Shown: positions 26,747 to 36,198 of the stretch, one piece after another
Layout: each line of letters starts with the position of its first letter
Numbering within the stretch: position 1 is the stretch's first letter
The notes under the pieces: generated by a model
What the model saw: the letters and a program-made list of their open reading frames with translations, nothing else
Told to the model about the DNA's origin: nothing
Database searches by the model: none
DNA from: Candidatus Woesearchaeota archaeon
GTDB taxonomy: Archaea; Nanobdellota; Nanobdellia; Woesearchaeales; ARS49
Length of the DNA stretch: 64,000 nucleotides
Assembly (NCBI GenBank): GCA_016203305.1
Contig: JACQMY010000020.1
Coordinates: forward strand, 8,003 to 72,002
Direction of reading: 5' to 3'
Translations under genes and position numbers: made by a program

Positions 26747-26875
26747 GAGTTAGGACGTAGGTAGAAGGATGAAGGGAAAAGGATGTAGGACGTAGGATGA
26801 AGGTGGAAAATTGGCTGTTGGCAATTAGCTGTTAGTTGGTAGTGTGTAGTTTGTAGGATGTAGAAAGATGAAGAA
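26726..26875 (+). repeat. Heptamer tract (AGG type then TTGGCT type), about 21 units
   Basis: gggagtaggcaggttgtaggagttaggacgtaggtagaaggatgaagggaaaaggatgtaggacgtaggatgaaggtggaaaattggctgttggcaattagctgttagttggtagtgtgtagtttgtaggatgtag. Confidence 0.8.
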
Positions 26876-26977
26876 TGCAGTCTTCCCCCTTCTGTTTCAT
26901 ACCTTCAACCTCAAAAACAGGATGCCCGCACAAACCTTTAAAAACGTTTCCTGCCATCTTTCCAATAAAAGAGGACA

Positions 26978-27592
26978 ATGGTTTACGCAATAACAAAAAG
27001 AATATTCTGGCCACTCATCAGGCTATTTGTCAAAAGCATAGAAGGCTTGGAGAACCTGCCAGATGGCCAGTGCATTTACGTGTTCAACCACCACAGCTAC
27101 CTTGACGGATTTCTCGTGCCAATGATGGTAGCATGGTATCAAAACAAGAAAGTCTACATTTTTGCTACAAATCAAAAATTCACAGGCTGGCTATGGGATG
27201 GATTGTTTGAACACTTCGGCGCAATAAGAATTGGCGGAAGCATGCCAAAAGCAATCGAAAAATACAAACAAGGCTACAGCCTGGCACTCGCGCCAGAAGG
27301 ACAAAGAAGCTATCTAGAAAAAACCCAGCCAGTGCATCACACCGGACTAGGCGTAATAGCACTTGAAACACAAGCACTCATCGTGCCAATCGGACTGGAT
27401 ACCTACCACTTCTGGAACAGATTCGACAAGCTGCCAAGATTCAGAAAAAATATCGCCATAACAATAGGCAGGCCAATGAAGTTCACGTACAAAAAAAGCC
27501 CGGCAAACTTCAAAAAAGTAGTAACTCTTGTCATGAAAGAGGTGGACAAACTTGCGCGAATATCTCACACTCGCTCAACTGCGCTCGTATAG
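26978..27592 (+). CDS. plsC: 1-acyl-sn-glycerol-3-phosphate acyltransferase family (PlsC/LPLAT)
   Basis: NHHSYLD is the H(x)4D motif and ALAPEGQRS is the PEG(T/Q)R motif of the family. Confidence 0.7.
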   Translation: MVYAITKRIFWPLIRLFVKSIEGLENLPDGQCIYVFNHHSYLDGFLVPMMVAWYQNKKVYIFATNQKFTGWLWDGLFEHFGAIRIGGSMPKAIEKYKQGYSLALAPEGQRSYLEKTQPVHHTGLGVIALETQALIVPIGLDTYHFWNRFDKLPRFRKNIAITIGRPMKFTYKKSPANFKKVVTLVMKEVDKLARISHTRSTALV

Positions 27593-29018
27593 TTTTGCAA
27601 AAATCCAACGACTGCAAAACCTCAGGTTCAAAGCAACCTGCAGCTACCTGCTGCCACAAGTGCCATTCTACAAACACCTCTTCCAAGCATACAATATAGA
27701 CCAGTATAAACTCCACACGCCAGAAGACTGGAAAAAACTAGGGTTGCCACTAATCAAGAAGGCAACATACCTTGAACGGCCAAAAGAGTTCGTCGTCACA
27801 CCAGACGTTAAGAATATATTTCAAAACCATTTACGATATCTGATCAGACAGGACGAATACCAAACAGCAGCAGCGCTACTCCTTGCATTCGACAAAAAAG
27901 AACGACTCAAAAACTACTACTCTCCAAAAATGCTCGTCTTCTCAGGAGGAACAGAAAGCGGAAATCCAGTGCCAGTATTACTAACAGCACAACAGAAATT
28001 CGACACGCTCATGAGCGTACTACGCATGATAGGACAAATGGCGCTTGGAACAATGCAACCTGAAAAGACAACAGGAATGAACCTGTTTCCCTACGCGCCA
28101 CACCTCGGATGGCATGCAGTTCACCATGCGCTCGACATCAACGCAGACTTAAACCTATGCACGGCAGCAGGAGGGGCAATCTCAACAGAAAGACTAGTGC
28201 AAATAGCAGACAAAACAAAGCCAAACATAATCTGCGGCATGAGTGAGTATCTACGCAACAGATTCCTGCCACTTGCAATCCAGAAAAAGATCACACTTCC
28301 TGAGCAAGTGCTTTTCGTCAACGGAGCGCAAAAAATGCACGAACCAGAACGTGAAAAAATAAGCCAACTCGCAGGAAAGATCGGTGTGAAAGATGCAATA
28401 GTCCTTGACCTTTATGGCGCCAGCGAGCTAAAAGAAGCACTGCTGCCAGAATGCCAACCAGGAAGCGGATTCCACCACGTCGCGCCACTAAGCACCATCA
28501 TCCGGACTGTTGAAGCAGAACACGCAACAAAAGAATTCATAGACGAATGGAACTTTGTGGAAGGCAAAGGATACGCAGCAAGCTGGAACATAGACGGTGG
28601 CGGAACACTCCTTGCAGGCTATTTACTCGGAGACCATTACGAAAAAGTTGTCAATGAACGATGTGCCCATTGCAGCCTGAATGTTGTGCGCATATACAAC
28701 ATCAACAGAATAAGAGAAGTAGAAGCACAATTGAAACTAACAGGGGTTGTTGAAGAAAAAATCAAAGGAACACGAGTAAACCTCGCAGCATACAGAGAAA
28801 CAGCACTCGCCATTCCAGAAGTCAAAGAAGCACAAGTTGTACTACAACGCAAAAAAGCACAACTTGAATTGAAGTATGTTTCAGACAAGCCAGCAATCGC
28901 GCGACAAAAACTCACCAAAGCCTTTGCCGCAGCAGAAATGAAGCCAAAACTCATCTTCACAACACTTGATAAAATACAAGGAAAAAAGATAAAGCTAGAG
29001 GCGATAAGGATAGAATGA
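27552..29018 (+). CDS. Adenylate-forming enzyme of the phenylacetate-CoA ligase (PaaK/CapK/F390-synthetase) family
   Basis: The N-terminal pattern is LRFKATCSYLLPQVPFYKHLFQAYNI. FSGGTESGNPVPV is an SSGTTG-like P-loop. It overlaps plsC by 41 nt and acdA by 4 nt. Confidence 0.6.
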   Translation: MREYLTLAQLRSYSFAKIQRLQNLRFKATCSYLLPQVPFYKHLFQAYNIDQYKLHTPEDWKKLGLPLIKKATYLERPKEFVVTPDVKNIFQNHLRYLIRQDEYQTAAALLLAFDKKERLKNYYSPKMLVFSGGTESGNPVPVLLTAQQKFDTLMSVLRMIGQMALGTMQPEKTTGMNLFPYAPHLGWHAVHHALDINADLNLCTAAGGAISTERLVQIADKTKPNIICGMSEYLRNRFLPLAIQKKITLPEQVLFVNGAQKMHEPEREKISQLAGKIGVKDAIVLDLYGASELKEALLPECQPGSGFHHVAPLSTIIRTVEAEHATKEFIDEWNFVEGKGYAASWNIDGGGTLLAGYLLGDHYEKVVNERCAHCSLNVVRIYNINRIREVEAQLKLTGVVEEKIKGTRVNLAAYRETALAIPEVKEAQVVLQRKKAQLELKYVSDKPAIARQKLTKAFAAAEMKPKLIFTTLDKIQGKKIKLEAIRIE

Positions 29019-30364
29019 ACCTCGAACCATTCTTCAAAGCAAGAACAATAGCAGTCATCGGAGCAAGCAGAGAATCAGGCAAAATAGGAAACGTCATACT
29101 CAAACAACTCATGGGCAGGGCATTCACACCATATCCCGTCAACCCCTCTGCAGAAAGCATTCTGGGACTGAGATGCTATCCTGTGGTTACCGACATTACA
29201 GGAAGCGTGGAACTCGCAGTCATCGCAACACCTGCAGCAACCATTCCAGCAGTCCTAGACCAATGCGGCAAAAAAGGAATACACCATGTCGTGATTATCA
29301 GCGCAGGATTCAAAGAAATAGGCAACACCAAACTAGAAAAACAATTACAAGACAAGCTCAAAGCAAACAATATCCACTGCATTGGACCAAATTGCCTTGG
29401 AGTCTTTGACGCGCACACCAAGCTAGACATGCTATTCCTCCCACACGAAAAACTCAAACGACCAAAACCAGGAGTGATATCATTCATCAGCCAAAGCGGA
29501 GCAACAGGAAGCGCCATCCTAGACCTGGCAGCACACGAAGGCTACGGGTTTGCGAAATTCATCAGCTATGGCAATGCGGCAAACGTAGACGAAAGCGACC
29601 TACTAGAATACCTTGCAAACGACCCGGACACAAAAGTCATCTGCATGTACGTCGAAGGCATAACACAAGGCAGGAAATTCATTGACATCGCAAAAAGATG
29701 CAAGAAACCAATCATTGCAGTAAAGGGAGGCACTACTACAGTGGGCAGCAGAGCAGCACAAAGCCACACAGGAAGCCTCGCAGGAAGCGCAGAAGTCTAC
29801 TTTGGAGCATTCGCACAAGCAGGAGTCATCCGCGCAAAAACCCTGCAGGAACTCTTTGAGTACGTAACAATATTTGAAAAAAGCAGAGTGAGAGCAGCAG
29901 GAAACAGAGTGCATATCGTAACCAACGGAGGAGGATACGGCATACTAACTGCAGATGCAGTAGAACACGAAGGACTACAACTCGCGAAACCAGGGAAAAA
30001 CCTCAGCCAATTAAGAAAAAACTTTCCGCCAACAGTAGTGCTGCACAATCCAACAGACCTGCTCGGAGACGCAACAGACGAACGCTACCAATTAGTACTC
30101 GATGCGATCATCAAAGACTCAGAAAACGATGCAATCATCGTAATAGCACTTCCACAAACACCACTACTTGATGAAAACCTCATCCACGTGCTCGCGGCAG
30201 CATACAAAAAAAGCCACAAACCAATAGTCCTCGTGACAACAGGAAGCGAAACAGCACAAAACCTCAAAAGAAAAGCAGAAGCAGCAGGAATACCCGCATA
30301 TGACTTTCCGGAGAATGCCGTAAGAGCGTTAGCGGCTTACACAAAATATTGCTCAAACTGTTAA
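29015..30364 (+). CDS. acdA: Acetyl-CoA synthetase (ADP-forming) alpha subunit / CoA-binding domain protein
   Basis: N-terminal CoA-binding domain (ARTIAVIGASRESGKIGN), then the phospho-His loop AQSHTGSLAGS. Confidence 0.8.
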   Translation: MNLEPFFKARTIAVIGASRESGKIGNVILKQLMGRAFTPYPVNPSAESILGLRCYPVVTDITGSVELAVIATPAATIPAVLDQCGKKGIHHVVIISAGFKEIGNTKLEKQLQDKLKANNIHCIGPNCLGVFDAHTKLDMLFLPHEKLKRPKPGVISFISQSGATGSAILDLAAHEGYGFAKFISYGNAANVDESDLLEYLANDPDTKVICMYVEGITQGRKFIDIAKRCKKPIIAVKGGTTTVGSRAAQSHTGSLAGSAEVYFGAFAQAGVIRAKTLQELFEYVTIFEKSRVRAAGNRVHIVTNGGGYGILTADAVEHEGLQLAKPGKNLSQLRKNFPPTVVLHNPTDLLGDATDERYQLVLDAIIKDSENDAIIVIALPQTPLLDENLIHVLAAAYKKSHKPIVLVTTGSETAQNLKRKAEAAGIPAYDFPENAVRALAAYTKYCSNC

Positions 30365-30377
30365 ATCACGATCCAAC

Positions 30378-30908
30378 ATGAAAGAAATCAAACTCGAAAA
30401 AGGAATCACATTACGCCCATTCTCCAAAGAAGATAAAAACGGATACGCAGAAGTAAACAACGACCCTTTAACAAAAAAAATGTTCACAAGCGTACCAGCA
30501 GACGAAGCAGAGCTGGACGCAGAAATTGAAGAAAAAATAGGAAAAGCAAAAGCAGGAGTGTCCAAAACTTTAACAATACTGGTGAATGGAGAATACGCAG
30601 GAGGAGTTGTTCTTGAATTCGAGAATTGGGACCCAAAAAATGATGTTGGTCGAGTGCACGTATGGATACATCCAAAATTCAGGAATAAAGGCATTGCAAC
30701 AAAAGCACTCCAATGGATTGTCGGTCACGGATTCAAAATCGGATTCAAAAGGATATACGCACAGCATAAAACGATAAACCTTGCCGTTGCCAAAATCAAC
30801 AAAAAACTAGGATTTGTCCTTGAAAGAGAAATGGTGCAAGGTGATGTCAAAAAGTTAAGATGGTACAAAGACAACCCAATGCCTGCAAAGACAAAGATAA
30901 AATTCTAA
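30378..30908 (+). CDS. GNAT-family N-acetyltransferase
   Basis: RNKGIATKAL and the acetyl-CoA-binding motif A region are present. Its size is typical of RimJ/RimL-like GNATs. Confidence 0.7.
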   Translation: MKEIKLEKGITLRPFSKEDKNGYAEVNNDPLTKKMFTSVPADEAELDAEIEEKIGKAKAGVSKTLTILVNGEYAGGVVLEFENWDPKNDVGRVHVWIHPKFRNKGIATKALQWIVGHGFKIGFKRIYAQHKTINLAVAKINKKLGFVLEREMVQGDVKKLRWYKDNPMPAKTKIKF

Positions 30909-30916
30909 ATGGCCAA

Positions 30917-32080
30917 TCACTTCTTGCCTTGTCTGCTTATGAACTTCTCAATACTGTCCATCGCCGTCTCAATAACAGGAAGCTTTGTCGCAAAACTGCA
31001 CCTTATATGACCATCGCCTTCAGAGCCAAAATCACTGCCCGGAACAACAGCAACTTTTTCCTTTTTCAACAATTCAAACGCGAACTTCTTGCTGTTCCTG
31101 CTCAGATGTTTAATGTTTGAAAATGTGTAAAAAGCGCCCTTTGGACTCGGCGTTGAAAGTCCCATCTCGTTCAACCTTTCAACAATGACCTTTCTTCTTT
31201 TGTCATACTCCTTAACCATGGCATTAGTGTACTTAGCTGGCAAAGAAAGCGCTTTCACGCCGAGCTTTTGTGAAATTGTTGGAGCACAAATAGTCGTGTA
31301 AACATGAGTCTTTTTGATAGCCTCAGCAACATGCTTAGGAGCCACGACATAACCAAGACGAAAACCACACATTGCAAAAGACTTTGAAAAAGTCTGAAAA
31401 GTAAACACGTGCTTATCCATGCCATTCAGACTCGCCATGCTGACATGCTTCGCACCATTGTAAACAAGCTTCTCGTATGCTTCGTCAGAAAAAACCGACA
31501 AATCAAACTCAACAGCAAGATCGGCAATCTCTTCCAACACTTTTTTTCTTATCACATTGCCAGTTGGATTGGCAGGAGAGTTCAAGATCAGAACTTTTGT
31601 CTTCTTACGATCAATGTTCTTCCTGATCTCATCAGGATCAGGCTCGAACGAGTTCTCCTCTTTCAGCGAAAAAAACCTGGGGGATGCATTAAACAACTCG
31701 ATAGTCGGCAAAAACGCCATAAAACTCGGATTCGGCAAAAGAACCTGTTCTGACGGGTCCAACGTAACAGCAGCAGCAATAAGCAAAGCCTCCTGAGAAC
31801 CACACGTAACCACTACGTTCTCAGGAACAGCACGAATACCATTCTCTTTTTTCAGTTTTTTACAAATCGCCTCGCGCAACTCCAACAAACCACCAGGAGA
31901 AGCATAATGATTAACTTGGTTTGCAAGTCTCTTAACCTCTGAAACCAACGGCTTAGGCAACGGAAAATCAGGCTCGCCAGGACCAAGAGAAAGCACACTC
32001 TTATCCTCAACCATCAACTCAATAAGCTTCTCAATAGCCTGATCAGGCAACTGCTGCTCGCGCTCGGATAAGTGGACCAT
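30917..32080 (-). CDS. Class I/II PLP-dependent aminotransferase (aspartate aminotransferase-like)
   Basis: FQTFSKSFAMCGFRLGY contains the PLP-lysine motif. The overall length is also diagnostic. Confidence 0.85.
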   Translation of the reverse strand: MVHLSEREQQLPDQAIEKLIELMVEDKSVLSLGPGEPDFPLPKPLVSEVKRLANQVNHYASPGGLLELREAICKKLKKENGIRAVPENVVVTCGSQEALLIAAAVTLDPSEQVLLPNPSFMAFLPTIELFNASPRFFSLKEENSFEPDPDEIRKNIDRKKTKVLILNSPANPTGNVIRKKVLEEIADLAVEFDLSVFSDEAYEKLVYNGAKHVSMASLNGMDKHVFTFQTFSKSFAMCGFRLGYVVAPKHVAEAIKKTHVYTTICAPTISQKLGVKALSLPAKYTNAMVKEYDKRRKVIVERLNEMGLSTPSPKGAFYTFSNIKHLSRNSKKFAFELLKKEKVAVVPGSDFGSEGDGHIRCSFATKLPVIETAMDSIEKFISRQGKK

Positions 32081-32082
32081 TC

Positions 32083-32108
32083 AGGTATTAGGCATTAGGT
32101 TGTAGGCA
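32083..32108 (+). repeat. Short heptamer tract just upstream of the aminotransferase start, + orientation
   Basis: aggtattaggcattaggttgtagg. Confidence 0.6.
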
Positions 32109-32161
32109 AATGCATCCTCCTTTTCATCAGACAGAACACAACGCAATATTAAAAGGTTTGG

Positions 32162-32359
32162 TCACGAAAGCATCTCGACCTTTACTTGCCTCGGCAAAGG
32201 CATTCGCTCTTTCACGAAAAGAATCTCGATTCCAATGATTTGCCCATCACTATCGTAATCAATCATTGTATCAACATTCACTTCCTCAGTCTTCGCTACC
32301 TTACCCTCTCGCAACTTGATGTACATCGCATCCGCAGTTGTATCATATTGTATTTTCAT
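32162..32359 (-). CDS. DUF2283-family small protein
   Basis: YDTTADAMYIKLREG and YDSDGQIIGIEIL resemble the DUF2283 consensus. It sits adjacent to a DUF4258 gene. Confidence 0.55.
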   Translation of the reverse strand: MKIQYDTTADAMYIKLREGKVAKTEEVNVDTMIDYDSDGQIIGIEILFVKERMPLPRQVKVEMLS

Positions 32360-32360
32360 C

Positions 32361-32570
32361 TTACACCCAGTACATGGTAATAACCTTTATATGCGTTTCT
32401 CTCACGTATACCACGCGTAATGTTTTACCGTTCAATTTCTTTGTCACGTAAAACTTGTGCTCTTGCCTCTTTGTGAAATTCGGTGCCTTGATGGTTTCCT
32501 CAACCCAAACACGCTCAACGCACCTCGCATTCAGTTGGTATTCCGCATGATTTGTGTATTCAATTCGCAC
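32361..32570 (-). CDS. DUF4258-family small protein
   Basis: MRIEYTNHAEYQLNAR...TIKAPNF is DUF4258-like. A 1-nt gap separates it from the DUF2283 gene. Confidence 0.55.
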   Translation of the reverse strand: MRIEYTNHAEYQLNARCVERVWVEETIKAPNFTKRQEHKFYVTKKLNGKTLRVVYVRETHIKVITMYWV

Positions 32571-32645
32571 TTACTACACAAGATATCAACCCTTAATATA
32601 CCCGTCGATGCAAAAACCGGAAAGTTTACGGATCAGATTGGAAAT

Positions 32646-33854
32646 TCAGTGCTGACAAGCATCTCTCTTGGTGAACAAGTTAAGCGTCCACTCCCATGCT
32701 GTTCTCAACTTGTTGCCAAAGCCGATGATTTTCGTCAAATAAATCGTTCGGTTCAGCCACCAAGCAAAAAAACCAGTAACCTTGAAGCCAAATATTATTC
32801 CTGTGCCGTGTCCTTTGCCTAAAGACAAAAGGGTGCCTTTAGACTTGTACAAAAATGGCTCTGGCGATCTTCCGTCCAGCAAAGCACGGATGTTCCTTGC
32901 AACATGCTTGCCCTCCTCAGTAGCCACCTGGGCCAAAGCGGGCAAAGGGTCAGCAGATCCTTTTTGTGTGTATGTTGCACAGTCACCAATCACGAAAACC
33001 TCAGGAAAAGCAGGCACTTGCAAAAACTCATTAACCAAAATGCAACCACGTTCATTAGCTAAAGAAGGAGTTGTTGGCAAAACATTAGGCTTAACACCTG
33101 CAGTCCAAATAATCGTTCCAGCATCAATTGCTTTCTTGTCAAGAACAACCTGTCCATGATTAACTTCCTTCACAGGACTGTTAAGCAGCACTTTCACACC
33201 ATGCTTTCTCAATTGACGCTCAGCATCCTTTCTGAGTTCGGGAAGCTGCGGCAAAATATGCTCTCCACGCTGCACCAAAACAACCTCTGCGCGATGCTTG
33301 AAATTCTTGTTGCTCGCCACCACTTGGTCTAACAACTCCTGCATCTCAATAGCAAGCTCAACACCAGTAGGACCAGCACCAATGACAACAACACGAGACA
33401 ACGAATCACGCTCTAGCGCCGTCTTTGCTTTGAATGCCTTCTCCAAACACTCAATAACTTGAGACTTAATCCTGTGCGCATCATGCAAACCCTTCAAAGT
33501 TAAACAATTCTTTTCAGCACCTAGAATGTTGAAAAAGTTTGTAGTAGAACCAGTGCTCAACACAAGATGATCGTACTTCAATTCCTGTTCATCAAGTTTC
33601 ACAATACTTCTTTCCAAATCAACAGACTGCGCAACACCTTTTATGAAAGTAAAGTTAGGAGCGTTCAACACCTCACGAATAGGCTCTGCAAGATTGTGGC
33701 CGCACAAACCACCAGTAGCAACCTCGTGCAACATGGGCACAAACAAGAAAAAATTAGTCCTGTTCACCAAAGTAACGTGCGCATTAGCCTTCAACAACTT
33801 CTTAGCGCAATACACACCAGCAAAACCGCCACCGATGATAACTATGCGTTTCAT
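32646..33854 (-). CDS. Type II NADH dehydrogenase (NDH-2)-like FAD/NAD(P)-binding oxidoreductase
   Basis: Two Rossmann GxGxxG motifs (IVIIGGGFAGV and VVVIGAGPTGVELA) in NDH-2/SQR spacing. Confidence 0.8.
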   Translation of the reverse strand: MKRIVIIGGGFAGVYCAKKLLKANAHVTLVNRTNFFLFVPMLHEVATGGLCGHNLAEPIREVLNAPNFTFIKGVAQSVDLERSIVKLDEQELKYDHLVLSTGSTTNFFNILGAEKNCLTLKGLHDAHRIKSQVIECLEKAFKAKTALERDSLSRVVVIGAGPTGVELAIEMQELLDQVVASNKNFKHRAEVVLVQRGEHILPQLPELRKDAERQLRKHGVKVLLNSPVKEVNHGQVVLDKKAIDAGTIIWTAGVKPNVLPTTPSLANERGCILVNEFLQVPAFPEVFVIGDCATYTQKGSADPLPALAQVATEEGKHVARNIRALLDGRSPEPFLYKSKGTLLSLGKGHGTGIIFGFKVTGFFAWWLNRTIYLTKIIGFGNKLRTAWEWTLNLFTKRDACQH

Positions 33855-34074
33855 TGACTCATTTGCAGAAGTCGGTTATAAAAAACTGCTGCACAAAGCT
33901 TAAAAACCAAAGCTTTTCAATCATTGTTATGCAAGGGATGACGAAAGATGATTGGGTGTTGGTTGTTATCATACTAATACTCCTAGTTGTAATAGCGCTC
34001 ATAACAATGAATCTTGACACGTTCTTCCCAACACCAACAGCACAACAAGCAGTAATACAAGCAATGAACAAAAC

Positions 34075-34863
34075 ATGATACTACAACATTTTGCAATAAA
34101 AGAATTCGTAAACACCCTGCAACAATTGAAAAAATCACCATTCCTCCTTGTTGTAGCAGCACTCATCGACGCAGCATCATTCATAGCGTACGGATTCTTC
34201 ACCACGTCAATCTCTGACAGAATAGTAGCGCAAGGTGTTCTGCTGACAAACCAAGTCAGCAGCCTGCTCGCTCAAGGGAAACAAGGAATACTATACCTCC
34301 TCTTTCAAAACCCGATACGGCCGCTCACAGGCAAACTACTAATGCTATTAGCACTTCTATTTGTTGTAACATTCATCGTGTACACGGCATTCCAAGCAAC
34401 AAGCTGGTATTTCGCACACCACATCGCAGGAAGAAAACCAGGATACAAAAACTACGTGCTAACATTCGCTAAACTAAACTTATTCTGGACAGCGCTGTAC
34501 ATACTCTACAAAATCCTAGACACATACTTCGGCCTACGCTATGTTGTCATCAAAAAATTCTCACCAGAAGCATACAATATGGCGGGCATTATTCTGTTCA
34601 TGCTGTTAGTTATTGCATTAATAGCAGCAGCATTCAGCTATGCAACGCTAAACACAAAAACCCTCTTCAGAACACCATTAAAGAAAACAATCCCATTGCT
34701 TTTGGTATGTGCAATAATATTCCTCAACGCACAATTCCTAATAAACCAAGCAGCAAAAGTAAATATTGATTTTGGCCTTGTGTTTGGAATAGTCCTGTTA
34801 TTCCCAGTCATAATATTCCTAAAAACATACCTGGTGAACTGCCTTGATCACGCACAACATTAA
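34075..34863 (+). CDS. Polytopic membrane protein, hypothetical
   Basis: Six or seven hydrophobic helices. It overlaps lgt by 20 nt. Confidence 0.5.
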   Translation: MILQHFAIKEFVNTLQQLKKSPFLLVVAALIDAASFIAYGFFTTSISDRIVAQGVLLTNQVSSLLAQGKQGILYLLFQNPIRPLTGKLLMLLALLFVVTFIVYTAFQATSWYFAHHIAGRKPGYKNYVLTFAKLNLFWTALYILYKILDTYFGLRYVVIKKFSPEAYNMAGIILFMLLVIALIAAAFSYATLNTKTLFRTPLKKTIPLLLVCAIIFLNAQFLINQAAKVNIDFGLVFGIVLLFPVIIFLKTYLVNCLDHAQH

Positions 34864-35590
34864 CCCAACAATCCTGCACCTGGGACCACTCGAAATAAGA
34901 TGGTACGGAGTAATGTACTTACTTGCCTTCCTGATAGTACACTATTATTGCAAAAGAGCCATCAAACAAGGCAAGCTAAAAATAACAGAAAAAGAACTAG
35001 ACGACCTGCTAGGACAACAAGTACTTGCCATGATCATCGGCGCGCGCATATTCTACGCACTCTTCTACAACCCAACATACTTCATGCAGTATCCGTGGAA
35101 GATAATCGCGGTCTGGGAAGGAGGACTATCATTCCACGGTGGACTAATAGCCATGATAATAACAGGAGTGTGGTTCTGCCGCAAGAAAAAACTACACTTC
35201 TGGCAACTAGTTGACGTGTTCATAGTACCATTAAGCCTTGGAAACGCGCTGGGACGAATAGGAAATTTCATCAACGGAGAACTATACGGAATACCAACAA
35301 GCCTGCCATGGGGAATATTATTCCCCGGAACAACAGAACCAAGGCATCCAACACAATTGTACGAAGCAGCATACAACGTTCTAATATTTGGCATACTCTA
35401 CGCAACACGAAACAAACCCTGGAAACCAGGAACACACTTCGGCCTCTTCTTAATATTATACGGAATCTTCCGATTTGCAACAGAATTTATCAAAGACCTG
35501 CCAGTTTATGGGCCTTTAACAATGGGACAATGGCTAACACTACCAGTATTTCTAGCAGGAATATGGCTGGTGTGGAGAAATAAGGAATAG
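34844..35590 (+). CDS. lgt: Prolipoprotein diacylglyceryl transferase
   Basis: LEIRWYGVMYLLAF, the GNFINGELYG signature and RHPTQLYEA match the bacterial Lgt family closely. Confidence 0.85.
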   Translation: MITHNINPTILHLGPLEIRWYGVMYLLAFLIVHYYCKRAIKQGKLKITEKELDDLLGQQVLAMIIGARIFYALFYNPTYFMQYPWKIIAVWEGGLSFHGGLIAMIITGVWFCRKKKLHFWQLVDVFIVPLSLGNALGRIGNFINGELYGIPTSLPWGILFPGTTEPRHPTQLYEAAYNVLIFGILYATRNKPWKPGTHFGLFLILYGIFRFATEFIKDLPVYGPLTMGQWLTLPVFLAGIWLVWRNKE

Positions 35591-35730
35591 GCATTAGGTG
35601 TTAGGACGTAGGTATTAGGTTGTTGGCTGTTAGCTATTGAAATTTGGCTGTTTGCTCTTGGCCGGTGGCGGTTAGTAATAATGGCTAAAGGCCAATGGTT
35701 GTAGGGCGAAGGCGGAAGAAGAACTACGTA
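35585..35730 (+). repeat. Heptamer tract (AGG type, then TTGGCT type, then AGG type) 3' of lgt
   Basis: ggaataggcattaggtgttaggacgtaggtattagg ttgttggctgttagctattgaaatttggctgtttgctcttggccggtggcggttag ... ggttgtagggcgaaggcggaagaag. Confidence 0.8.
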
Positions 35731-35763
35731 ATGTTTAAATACTTCCCAACTCTTTTTATCGAT

Positions 35764-36198
35764 ATGCAAAAAAGAGCGTTGATGGTAGTATTATTACTTG
35801 TCCTGGCAGCATGCGCAAATGAGGTACAACCCGTGCAGCCAAGGCCAATGCCAAACATCGACATCTCGATACCAAGCTCACTACCAGATCGGCCACGCTA
35901 CGAGCCACCACCAACCTCGCCAACAGCAATGCCAACAGTTGTAAGGCATGAAATCGAAGCAACAAGAGCAGAATTCCTACCAAGCGAAATCAAAGTCAAA
36001 AAAGGAACCTATGTAAAGCTCGTAATCACTGCAGTTGACGTCGCACAAAGGTTCACCATGCCAACCTATGGCGTAGATGAGCCGCTGCCAGTAGGACAAG
36101 ACATAACAATAGAATTCCTCGCAGACAGAGAAGGAAGCTACACGTTCTACTCAGAAGGCCACAAAGGCATGGAAGGAAGACTGGTAGTTACGCCTTAG
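35764..36198 (+). CDS. Lipoprotein (lipobox LLVLAAC) with a cupredoxin-like beta-sandwich domain
   Basis: The C-terminal domain (FLPSEIKVKKGTYVKLVITAVDV...ITIEFLADREGSYTFYSEGHKGMEGRLVV) is homologous to the C-terminal domain of the 15404..16411 protein. Confidence 0.6.
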   Translation: MQKRALMVVLLLVLAACANEVQPVQPRPMPNIDISIPSSLPDRPRYEPPPTSPTAMPTVVRHEIEATRAEFLPSEIKVKKGTYVKLVITAVDVAQRFTMPTYGVDEPLPVGQDITIEFLADREGSYTFYSEGHKGMEGRLVVTP

